A stretch of DNA of 64,000 bases from the sequence record OW969666.1. The stretch is one strand, 5' to 3'. Under the pieces are notes generated by a model. It made no database searches, was not told where the DNA came from, and was given only the letters and a program-made list of their open reading frames with translations. The translations under genes were made by a program, and so were the position numbers. Positions 1 to 8,398 of this stretch are shown here, one piece after another. The stretch comes from a plasmid. How positions within the stretch are numbered: the first letter of the stretch is position 1; each line of letters opens with the position of its first letter.

Positions 1-2
1 AT

Positions 3-158
3 AAAACACTTATCAACGAGCGACGTCGCGAATCCGGACTCAGCCCCGTAACCACAGCTAAAGTGCTTGAAGAGATCTGCGAATCGGCTACCCGCCAGTG
101 CGCCGTCTATCTTTGCGGCCACTTCATTCTCCAGGGCGGTCAGGGGGATGCACAGTAA
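3..158 (+). CDS. 3' end (51 codons) of a gene that starts upstream of the window; product unknown
   Basis: Open frame entering the window and ending at TAA ~156-158; no homology recognised. Confidence 0.3.
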   Translation, partial: KTLINERRRESGLSPVTTAKVLEEICESATRQCAVYLCGHFILQGGQGDAQ

Positions 159-345
159 ATAATCCGGGCGGGGCATAGGCGCCGCCTGTTCGCGCGCGAA
201 AACCCTGTCATCCCTTCGGGCTGACGGACGGTAAGGCCAGCGCCTGCGGCGCTGCCCCCTCCCGCCCGGATGTAAGCCCGGAGAGATGCAGATGAAAGGC
301 ATTGTGAGGGCAAATTGTCACGGATACGGTCCTGCGTGGCGTGGC

Positions 346-435
346 GTGGCGTGGCGTGGCGTGGCGTGGCGTGGCGTGGCGTGGCGTGGCGTGGCGTGGC
401 GTGGCGTGGCGTGGCGTGGCGTGGCGTGGCGTGGC
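346..435. repeat. (GTGGC)18 pentanucleotide microsatellite
   Basis: Perfect tandem GTGGC units read directly from the sequence; six-frame ORFs across it give AWRGV/HATPR repeats (translation artefact). Confidence 0.95.
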
Positions 436-486
436 GGCTCTGAAACCCGATCAGCAAATCCTCTGAAAACACCTGAATCCCACTTC

Positions 487-1020
487 TGGCCCCCTTCGGC
501 TCCCGGCCAGCGCTGCTGTCCGGTCGTCGAGCCCCACTCCGCCAGGGCGGCCGCTGCGCACCCGCCGGGCTCCGCCGAACCCCTCCGGGTTTCGGGCTGA
601 CGCTAGGGTCTGATGGCGAAGGTCAAGGGCTGCGGCTTCTCCGGCCGTGCCGTCCGGAACGCCTTCACCGCGCCGGCTGATGCCGTCGCTTTAATGGCGC
701 CACGCCGTTCCGACGTGTCGGGTGTGTGCATCCTGTTCCCCCGGTGAAGCCATCCCCCGTGCGTCCTCACGCGGAGGGCTTGTCGTAGCACCGTCGGGTC
801 GTCATCCAAGGGGTGAAATGCACTCCGCCAAAACTTTTTGCGTGCCGCAAAAACTTTAGTCTCCGCCCCTTTCCTTCCTCCCTTCGCCGTTGCTCCTTTG
901 CCCTTTGCCGCGAGAGAACTCACCAGGGAGATGGACAACCATCACCACAGGAGAAAACCAGGATGCACACACGAAACGTCAACGTCAAAACCGCCGCTCC
1001 CGAATCTTCCAGGAAGATGG
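487..1020 (+). repeat. Leading-region repeat module copy 1 (GC-rich structured segment, operator palindrome, RBS, shared leader codons)
   Basis: Near-identical to 4516-5125 and 7543-8150; upstream hairpin motif gcgcc-tgcgg-cgctgcc at ~250-275 also shared. Confidence 0.8.
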
Positions 1021-1235
1021 GGGAAGAACAAAACCCTGTTTCTGTCGCACGGGAGTGGGTGGCTCAGGCCACTTCGCTGAAAGCGGGTGTCACCGTCACC
1101 CTGTCCGATGTGTCCCGATACGGAGACGTTCAGGTGGAGATCCGCACCAACGGAACGCTTAACTGGCGCGACTGGTCGTTTGAACCGGATTTTCTTTTTG
1201 AACTGAAACGCAACCTGCAATACGTGCAGCTTTAA
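963..1235 (+). CDS. Small leading-region protein (91 aa from the shared leader ATG; 73 aa if the internal ATG ~1015 after AGGAAG is used)
   Basis: In-frame continuation of the conserved leader MHTRNVNVKTAAPESS; RBS GGAGA upstream of 963. Confidence 0.5.
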   Translation: MHTRNVNVKTAAPESSRKMGEEQNPVSVAREWVAQATSLKAGVTVTLSDVSRYGDVQVEIRTNGTLNWRDWSFEPDFLFELKRNLQYVQL

Positions 1236-1278
1236 CCGGAGGCCGGATGTCCGGCCTTAACCCAGAGAAGGAGGAAAC

Positions 1279-1644
1279 ATGCAGAACCTTAACACCCGTC
1301 CGGCGACCCGTAAGGTCGGGCAGAGCACTGAAATCGTGAAGCTGCTGCGCATTCAGGCCAGCGACACCCACGTGGTCGAGTTTGACAACGTGGACACCCG
1401 ATTTAACGACTGCAACAACTGGCAAGTGATGGCAGGAGGCAAACGTGTCCTGTTCAGCAACCGCATGTATGAGCGTTTTTCAGATGTGAAATCGGGGATC
1501 GTGGCAACGATCAACGTGTGTGAAAACAGCGGCAGCGTAACGGATAACGCGATGCTGGAAGGGGCAAAAGTCATGATGCAGGTTCTTGATGGCTATCCGT
1601 CCTTTGCAGCACTGGCAGCACACCCGAAACGCATTACCGGTTAA
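1279..1644 (+). CDS. Hypothetical leading-region protein, 121 aa
   Basis: Strong RBS GAAGGAGGA 7 nt upstream; position between a repeat module and the ParB-like gene, as in F-type leading regions. Confidence 0.65.
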   Translation: MQNLNTRPATRKVGQSTEIVKLLRIQASDTHVVEFDNVDTRFNDCNNWQVMAGGKRVLFSNRMYERFSDVKSGIVATINVCENSGSVTDNAMLEGAKVMMQVLDGYPSFAALAAHPKRITG

Positions 1645-1711
1645 CCGAGTGCCGTGACCGGAGGGCAATCCGGCCACGGCTAACCACAACTATCACTGAG
1701 AGGTAAAAATC

Positions 1712-3724
1712 ATGGTCGCCACCAATACTACGGCAAAAAAACCAGCCAGGACCACCCGTCAGACAAAATCTGCGGAAAAAATCGCGCAGTCTACCGAGCA
1801 GAAGCTCGTCCAGCTGCTCGCTGATACGCCCGTGCAAATCTTCCCGTACTCCCGCCTGTCACACACTGACTTAAACACGCGCATCATTCCGCATACCGAT
1901 CAGGAAGTGGAAGAGATGGCAGACAGCATTCAGGCAATGGGCATCCTCCAGAACCTGATCGGTGCAGAACTGCCGGACGGTACGATCGGCATTGTCGGCG
2001 GGGAAGGTCGTCGCAGAGGCACAGGCATTCTGGTGATGCGCGGTGTGCTCGATGCAGACACGCCGTTTGTTCCGGTGAAAGTCCTGCCCGTTGAGATGGC
2101 TGTGGCGGCCTCGATGATCGAGAACGGTCGACGTAAAAACATGCATCCCGCCGAGCAGATTATCGGTTTTCGTACCCTTCAGCAGGAAGGTAAAACGGCC
2201 TCTCAGATCGGCGCACTGATGGGCTATCACCCGCGCCACGTTCAGCGCTGCCTGAAGCTGGCGAATCTTGCCCCCTCCCTGCTGGATGCGCTGGCGCGGG
2301 ATGAAATCTCCCTTGAACAGTGTGAAGTCCTGACACTTGCTGATACCCATGAGCGTCAGGAGCAGGTCTGGAAAGAGGCTGTTGAACAGTGGCGCGATCC
2401 TGCCGTACAGACTCTGCGCAAAATGGTGACCGACGACAAGATGGCCATCAGTCACCCGATGTTTGAGTATGTGGGTGAGGAAGCCTATACCGCCGCTGGC
2501 GGTACGCTGACCGCCGACCTGTTCAGCGACAAGGACAGCACCTTTGCCGATGCGGCGCTGGTTAAATCTCTGCTGGCTGGCAAGCTCACCGTGCTCGCCG
2601 CTCGCGTTAAGCAGGAGCAGGGCTGGGGCTGGGCTGAGTTCCGTATGACGGAACTGCGTGCCAGCGGTGAGGACGGTGAACAGTACCGTTTTGCGATGCC
2701 GAAAGCTGTCCTGACGGAAGAAGAACAGAAGCGCGTCAGTGAGCTGGAAGAACAAATGGAAGCCACTGAAAGCTACGATGACGAATACGAGCTTCAGCAG
2801 GATATCGATGACATTTACTGCGAGGCGCAGTACCGCGAAGCCACGCCGGAATTTCGCGCCGCGCACGGAATCTGGGTGTCATGGGACGGTAGCAATTTTC
2901 AGGTTCAGCCTGGTATCCGCAAGCTGACCGACGAAGACCGGGTAGCTGAAGAACAGGCGCGTCAGGAACGTGAAAGCAATGTGATCAGACACACCACGCC
3001 TGAAATTCCCGCCGACGCTTATCCGGCAACGCTGGTAAAAGCTATGTCAGCCGAACGGACTCTCGCCGTTCAGGCCGAACTGGCGGGTCGTCCCGACGTA
3101 TCGGTGGCGCTCCTGACGTGGACACTGTGCCTCAGTATGTTTGATCGCAGCTACGGTAAACGCAGCGAACCGCTGAAAGCCTCCGTGTCCTCGAATCAGT
3201 ATCACCTTGCATCACTGGCTCCATCCGGTGAAGAAGGGAAGGCGCTGACGGCGCTCAAAGCGCAGAAAGAGGCGCTTCAGGCAACGCTGCCCGAAAACTG
3301 GCATCTCGATTTCACCTGGCTGCTTTCATGGTCAGCGGAGCAGGTGAACACCCTGCTGGGATTCTGTGCAGCGCACGGTATCAACGGTATTCAGGAACGT
3401 ATGTACAACCATACGCAGAAAAGCGAACTGGACGGGCTGGAAGCGGCGCTGGACTTTGACCTGCGCAAATGGTGGCAGCCGGATGCTGAGAGCTACTTCG
3501 GCAAGCTCACCATCCCCCAGATTGGCAAAGCCTACGAAGAAGCCGGACTCAGTGCCCGCGCTGGAGAGATTGTGAAGCTCAAGCGCCGCGATGCGGCGAA
3601 GGCCGCCGAGCAGGATCTGAATGCTCAGGGCTGGCTGCCTGACTGGATGGTGCGCACATCACCAGCCGCTGAGGCTGAAGAAGCCACCGAAACCGACGCT
3701 CACACCACTGACCACGCTGCTTAA
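1712..3724 (+). CDS. ParB-like nuclease domain protein, 670 aa (leading-region type)
   Basis: N-terminal ParB/Srx-like region with HTH (…YHPRHVQRCLKLANLAP…); size and position upstream of psiB typical of F-like leading regions. Confidence 0.8.
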   Translation: MVATNTTAKKPARTTRQTKSAEKIAQSTEQKLVQLLADTPVQIFPYSRLSHTDLNTRIIPHTDQEVEEMADSIQAMGILQNLIGAELPDGTIGIVGGEGRRRGTGILVMRGVLDADTPFVPVKVLPVEMAVAASMIENGRRKNMHPAEQIIGFRTLQQEGKTASQIGALMGYHPRHVQRCLKLANLAPSLLDALARDEISLEQCEVLTLADTHERQEQVWKEAVEQWRDPAVQTLRKMVTDDKMAISHPMFEYVGEEAYTAAGGTLTADLFSDKDSTFADAALVKSLLAGKLTVLAARVKQEQGWGWAEFRMTELRASGEDGEQYRFAMPKAVLTEEEQKRVSELEEQMEATESYDDEYELQQDIDDIYCEAQYREATPEFRAAHGIWVSWDGSNFQVQPGIRKLTDEDRVAEEQARQERESNVIRHTTPEIPADAYPATLVKAMSAERTLAVQAELAGRPDVSVALLTWTLCLSMFDRSYGKRSEPLKASVSSNQYHLASLAPSGEEGKALTALKAQKEALQATLPENWHLDFTWLLSWSAEQVNTLLGFCAAHGINGIQERMYNHTQKSELDGLEAALDFDLRKWWQPDAESYFGKLTIPQIGKAYEEAGLSARAGEIVKLKRRDAAKAAEQDLNAQGWLPDWMVRTSPAAEAEEATETDAHTTDHAA

Positions 3725-3761
3725 TACCGGAGGCCGCCGCCTTCGGGCGGCGGGAACAGAC

Positions 3762-4187
3762 ATGACTATGCAATATGACCTGAACCAAATCAACAAACTG
3801 ACCGCCTCCGACCTGGAGTTTATCCGTCAGCAGGGCGAGGACGCGCGCCGCGCTCTCAGCGATACCGTGACCGGCCTCCTGTCCACACCAGAAGGATGGC
3901 GCGTCTGCGCCGAATACCGCAGCGAGTTCGGCGGCTTCTTCCCCGTCCAGTGCCGCTTCAGCGCGGACGGCAGTGATGACTGGCATCTGTGCGTGTGCAG
4001 CTCCGGCGAAGTCTCACCGTACTGGCTTCTGGTGCTGCTCTCCTCCGGCGGGGAAGTGGTGTGTACCCTTTACCAGAGCGACACGCTCCAGCCTGACCGG
4101 ATACCTGACACGGAAATCGCTTTGCGAAATCCGGTACAGGGACACGGACAGGGAGGTGGCAGCTTTTATGGCTTACGAATCCGCTAA
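3762..4187 (+). CDS. psiB: PsiB-like SOS-inhibition protein with a non-homologous C-terminus
   Basis: [16 protein letters not shown]…[17 protein letters not shown] matches the F PsiB core ([16 protein letters not shown]…); homology is lost over the last ~35 codons. Confidence 0.75.
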   Translation: MTMQYDLNQINKLTASDLEFIRQQGEDARRALSDTVTGLLSTPEGWRVCAEYRSEFGGFFPVQCRFSADGSDDWHLCVCSSGEVSPYWLLVLLSSGGEVVCTLYQSDTLQPDRIPDTEIALRNPVQGHGQGGGSFYGLRIR

Positions 4188-4191
4188 GTAG
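4096..4191 (+). pseudogene. hok: hok-family toxin 3' fragment (no start codon, no TM helix)
   Basis: Frame-1 translation …[28 protein letters not shown] equals the Hok C-terminal half; overlaps the psiB 3' end in another frame. Confidence 0.7.
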
Positions 4192-4194
4192 CTA

Positions 4195-4225
4195 ACCCCG
4201 GCGGGGGGAAACCCCCGCCATTCAG
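4195..4225 (+). terminator. GC hairpin (hok mRNA 3' fold-back/terminator-like)
   Basis: ggcggggg-aaa-cccccgcc stem-loop immediately after the hok remnant stop. Confidence 0.45.
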
Positions 4226-4515
4226 GGGCTGAGATTGTGTGGACATGCCTGAAGCGCCTTTATGAAGGGGTTGCCGGTTCGCCGGTAGCCCCTTTTTCCT
4301 TCCCGACGCGACCGCACGCCTGAACCTCCGGGAAGGGCTGTTCCCCTGCGGGGAACGGGGGAAGGGGGACGCGCCTTCGGCGCTGCCCCTCTGCTCCCTC
4401 TGCCTGATCCTCCCCCCTGCCTGTCCTGCCTGATTTTGTTGAATTCGAAACTCTGTGAGCTACCTGCTCATACCGGGCTTCAGCCTGGTGTGCCCGATGT
4501 TCTTTATCCCGGGCG

Positions 4516-5125
4516 TCATATCCGGCGTCCTGCCGGTTAACTTTCGCATCTGCAGCTCCGTGGCTATAACCCGAAAACAGGGCAGGGCGATGGCCCCCTT
4601 CGGCTCCCGGCCCGCGTGGCGGTCCGGTCGTCGAGCCCCACTCCGCCAGGTCGGCTGCTGACGCACCCGCCGGGCTCCGCCGAACCCGCAAGCGGTTTCG
4701 GGCTGACGCTAGGGTCTGATGGCTGAGGTCAACCCCCTGGCTTGCACCGGCCGGAGGCCGGGCCGCCCTGAGCGCGCCGGCGGAGCCGTCGCTTTAAGGC
4801 CGCCACGCCGTTCCGACGTGTCGGGTGCGTGCATCCTGTTCACCCGGTGAGGCCATCCCCCGTGCGTCCTCACGCGGAGGGCTGCTTGTAGCACCGTCGG
4901 GTCGTCATCCAAGGGGTGAAATGCACTCCGCCAAAACTTTTTGCGTGCCGCAAAAACTTTTGTCTCCGCCCCTTTCCTTCCGCCCTTCGCCGTTGCTCCT
5001 TTTGCCCTTTGCCGCGAGAGAACTCACCAGGGAGATGGACAACCATCACCACAGGAGAAAACCAGGATGCACACACAAAACGTCAACGTCAAAACCGCCG
5101 CTCCCGAATCTTCCAGGAAGATAGG
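4516..5125 (+). repeat. Leading-region repeat module copy 2 (related sequence extends upstream to ~4330)
   Basis: About 600 bp nearly identical to copy 3; the same operator palindrome and leader. Confidence 0.85.
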
Positions 5126-5381
5126 GGGAAAAACCGTGTCGTACACGATCCTCGTCGCTGAGCAGAAAAAAAACTCAGCGGAGGAACCTGATGTTCTGGA
5201 GTTCAGCAGCCTGGCTGAGCTGAAGAAACTGCGCAGACGCTGCCCCGAAACGATGCGCTGCACCTATTTCTACGCCCTCAGCAGCGGCGTCGATAAACAG
5301 TTCCGCCATATCCATGTGGCTGAAGCTGACCACTTCAAACAGTTTGTGCGCCTGATCGCGCGTGCAGGTATCGACATTTAA
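5066..5381 (+). CDS. Small leading-region protein (105 aa from the shared leader ATG; 81 aa from GTG ~5137 after AGGGGGA)
   Basis: Conserved leader fused in frame to an unrelated body. Confidence 0.5.
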
Positions 5382-5441
5382 ACACGGTTCACCCCGTGCG
5401 GCAGCCGCCGCACGGAACCTCATAAGACAGGAGCCAGAAAT

Positions 5442-5903
5442 ATGAACGTTAACACCCCGGCCGCTGCACCAATGGCCTTTTTCGTTCCGTCCCATAACGC
5501 CGTTTATGACCGCGCAACCCAGCTGGAAGGGCAGTGGGTGACTCAGCGTGAAGCGATAACGCTGGAATCCCTGCGCCGTCTCTATCCGGATGCGGAGCTG
5601 ATCCCCGCGACTCTGGTTCAGGAAAAGCAGAATGACGGCTATCGCCGTCCCTGGGTGGAAATCACCGGGGCCCGGTACATCGACCAGCTGGAAACGCTGC
5701 CGCCAGTGGACTGGTGCAGAGGGTATGGCGGGGAGTCGTTCAAATCGATGGAGTTTACGGGCGGGGATGTGACCGCAATTTTCGTCCGGTACGGCGCGCG
5801 TTTCTTTGAGTGCCATGACCTGCACACCCGCCATCACCGGGAGCTGATTGGCGACGTGATCGCCCGTTTCTGTCTCGATGCGCCGCTGAATTCCGCGCAT
5901 TAA
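5442..5903 (+). CDS. Hypothetical protein, 153 aa
   Basis: RBS CAGGAG 8 nt upstream; no family recognised. Confidence 0.6.
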   Translation: MNVNTPAAAPMAFFVPSHNAVYDRATQLEGQWVTQREAITLESLRRLYPDAELIPATLVQEKQNDGYRRPWVEITGARYIDQLETLPPVDWCRGYGGESFKSMEFTGGDVTAIFVRYGARFFECHDLHTRHHRELIGDVIARFCLDAPLNSAH

Positions 5904-5989
5904 AAAAGCAGGGTTGCCCCTGCTTTCTCAACGCCGGGTAGCCGCAGCAACGGTGAACCGGCAATCACAACCAAAGTAAGGAGATTGAT

Positions 5990-6191
5990 CGTGAAATTTG
6001 ACCCGCAAACTGTCGCACAGGCGAAGGCATTTGTAAATGCCCTCCGCGCCGGAAAACGCGCTCGCGTACCCGCGCTGCGCTTCTCACAGTGGCAGCCGTT
6101 CCTGTCCGTGGTAAATGCCGAAACGGGCTACGCCACCGATGCTGACTGTGGTCTGGCTGTCAGCGTCTACCCGGCGCTTGGACTGGCTTAA
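5990..6191 (+). CDS. Small hypothetical protein (~67 aa, GTG start)
   Basis: RBS AAGGAG upstream of GTG. Confidence 0.4.
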
Positions 6192-6231
6192 CAGGAGACG
6201 GCCGCCTGCGGGCGGCCGGTAAGGAGAAACC

Positions 6232-7023
6232 ATGTCACAACTGAGTTTTGAATCCCTGTTCCTGGCAGACCAGGCTGATCTGCAGCCGCGGGCTTCCGCA
6301 CCGGCCCGGATGCTGTCGCCAGCTGAGGCGCGTAAACAGTTCGCCAGTGTGTTCCGGCAAACGGCGAAAAATATGCGCCGTTCCGAAGTGTTCAGTGACT
6401 TCATCACCCTGGCAGCCAGCGAGCTGGATCTGGCCCGTATTCGTTCGCCGGAGAACATCGAAAACAGCCGTCGCATCTGCGCACGGTATCAGCCGGACGA
6501 TTTAGACGCCATGAAGCAGCTGTTCTGCCTGTTGGTTGAGGGGCTGGCGGGTGACATTCATGATTTCCTCGGCGCTCTGTATATGGAGCAGGAGCTGGGC
6601 GCGGACGAAATGGGGCAGTATTTCTCTCCGTCCTGCATCTCCCGTCTGATGGCCGGACTACTCATGCCCGGCGCTCAGGAGACGATAAAGCGTGAGGGGT
6701 GGATGACGCTCGATGAGCCAGCCTGCGGCAGCGCCGGTATGGTCATTGCCTTTGCATACTGGATGGCTGAAGCGGGATATAACCCGTCTGAACAGCTATA
6801 TGCCACCTGCACCGACATCGATCCAATGGTGGCTGATATGGCCTTTATCCAGCTGGCTCTGCTGGGTATTCCCGCGAAAGTCGTGACCGGTAATACGCTG
6901 ACCCTGAAAGCGAACCGCGTGCGTTACACCCCCGTGTATTACTTCAATGACTGGCAGGGCCGTCTGGCATTTCGCAGTCGTCTGGATGCAATGAAGAACT
7001 TTCTGGCCACCGTGGCCGCCTGA
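6232..7023 (+). CDS. N6-adenine methyltransferase-like protein, 263 aa, catalytic motif IV not detectable
   Basis: GQYFSP… and LDEPACGSAGMV (SAM-binding motif I-like) present; no NPPY/NPPF/DPPY; too short for a full methyltransferase plus target-recognition domain. Confidence 0.6.
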   Translation: MSQLSFESLFLADQADLQPRASAPARMLSPAEARKQFASVFRQTAKNMRRSEVFSDFITLAASELDLARIRSPENIENSRRICARYQPDDLDAMKQLFCLLVEGLAGDIHDFLGALYMEQELGADEMGQYFSPSCISRLMAGLLMPGAQETIKREGWMTLDEPACGSAGMVIAFAYWMAEAGYNPSEQLYATCTDIDPMVADMAFIQLALLGIPAKVVTGNTLTLKANRVRYTPVYYFNDWQGRLAFRSRLDAMKNFLATVAA

Positions 7024-7064
7024 CTGACAGAGCGGCAGGGCAGACCTGCCGCAGGGAGATAAAA

Positions 7065-7400
7065 ATGACAAGCAACACACTGAACGCTGTTCCGGCGACC
7101 GTGCTGGAGACCATGGCAGAATGCCTCAACGGCCAGCCTGAACCGCTAAAAATCCGCAACAACGACGATCACGCTGCACTGGCTGCAGATGTGCTCTGGC
7201 AGTTTGCCCGAAAAACCGGGCTGAACAGGGAAAGCGAGAGCGTGCAAACCGTCATCACTGATTTTCTGGCCAATCTTCTGCACCTGTGCAAACAGTGCGA
7301 TCCTGACGGGGCAGGTATCGACGGATTTAATGCCCTGCTGAATATGGCCATGATGCATTATGAGCAGGAAAACGGAGGTGACAGCGAAGAACCAGTTTGA
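7065..7400 (+). CDS. Hypothetical protein, 111 aa
   Basis: RBS GGGAGA upstream. Confidence 0.55.
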   Translation: MTSNTLNAVPATVLETMAECLNGQPEPLKIRNNDDHAALAADVLWQFARKTGLNRESESVQTVITDFLANLLHLCKQCDPDGAGIDGFNALLNMAMMHYEQENGGDSEEPV

Positions 7401-7542
7401 TCGGGAGTCTGTGCCCTGGTGGATGCCATCAGGGCAACCGCAAAAAAACGCTTCCCCTTCGGGGAAACAGGGAGGGCGAAAGCGCCTCCGGCGCTCCTGC
7501 CATTCCCCGCTACCGTACTTCTCTCCTTACCTGCCTTCAGAA

Positions 7543-8150
7543 CCGGCGTCCTGCTGGTCAACTTTCTCAGCTGCAGCTTTGTTATGGCCATAACCCGAAA
7601 GCAGGGCAGGGCGATGGCCCCCTTCGGCTCCCGGCCCGCGTGGCGGTCCGGTCGTCGAGCCCCACTCCGCCAGGTCGGCTTCTGACGCACCCGCCGGGCT
7701 CCGCCGAACCCGCAAGCGGTTTCGGGCTGACGCTAGGGTCTGATGGCTGAGGTCAACCCCCTGGCTTGCACCGGCCGGAGGCCGGGCCGCCCTGAGCGCG
7801 CCGGCGGAGCCGTCGCTTTAAGGCCGCCACGCCGTTCCGCCGTGTCGGGTGCGTGCATCCTGTTCACCCGGTGAGGCCATCCCCCGTGCGTCCTCACGCG
7901 GAGGGCTGGTCGTAGCACCGTCGGGTCGTCATCCGAAGGGTGAAATGCACTCAGACAAAAGTTTTTGCGTGCCGCAAAAACTTTTGTCTGCGCCCTTCTC
8001 CTGCCACCCCGCCGTCGCTCCTTTTGCCCTTTGCCGCGAGAGAACTCACCAGGGAGATGGACAACCATCACCACAGGAGAAAACCAAAATGCACACACGA
8101 AACGTCAACGTCAAAACCGCCGCTCAAGAATCTACCGGAAGATGTGATTC
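7543..8150 (+). repeat. Leading-region repeat module copy 3 (related sequence extends upstream to ~7440)
   Basis: Near-identical to copy 2; perfect 14-3-14 palindrome CAAAAGTTTTTGCG-TGC-CGCAAAAACTTTTG at ~7953-7983. Confidence 0.85.
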
Positions 8151-8382
8151 AAACCTCACCACGTCCCAGTTCACGGATCTGTTCTGCTGGGTCCTGGCAG
8201 CATCGGAAGGGGAGCCACAACCGACAATTTTTACGCCGCCAGAGAATGCCACTGAGCTGACGTTAATTAATGACGAATGCCCGGATTATATCTCTGTCTG
8301 GGTTGTAGATGGTCGCCCGGTGGCAGCTGCAATGCCGCTGGATAATTTTCACCGCGTTATTCCTTCATCACTTACTAAATAA
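8089..8382 (+). CDS. Small leading-region protein, 97 aa, starting with the shared leader
   Basis: Only in-frame start is the conserved leader ATG; body unrelated to the other two. Confidence 0.5.
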   Translation: MHTRNVNVKTAAQESTGRCDSNLTTSQFTDLFCWVLAASEGEPQPTIFTPPENATELTLINDECPDYISVWVVDGRPVAAAMPLDNFHRVIPSSLTK

Positions 8383-8398
8383 TCAGGAGTAAATAAAA

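Noticed and set aside
346-435. Possible CRISPR array
   Set aside because: It is a 5-bp perfect tandem repeat with no spacers or cas genes. It is a microsatellite, not CRISPR.
140-600. Track ORFs 140-472 (-) and 286-600 (+) encoding HATPR/AWRGV peptide repeats
   Set aside because: They are translations of the (GTGGC)18 microsatellite and GC-rich repeat DNA. There is no RBS or homology. Treated as non-coding.
1871-2866. 331-aa antisense ORF inside the ParB-like gene
   Set aside because: It is a shadow ORF on the opposite strand of a well-supported gene. No RBS.
4260-4691. 143-aa minus-strand ORF downstream of the hok remnant
   Set aside because: It lies in GC-rich hairpin and repeat DNA upstream of repeat copy 2 and has a low-complexity G/A/P-rich translation. 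Likely non-coding.
603-8098. Minus-strand ORFs inside the three repeat modules (603-938, 4709-4912, 7733-8098) and plus-strand ORFs 813-1235, 838-1080, 4825-5124, 7849-8382
   Set aside because: They are conserved only because the repeat DNA is conserved. They lie in GC-rich hairpin sequence with no start context. Only the frame continuing the shared leader into each downstream gene was kept.
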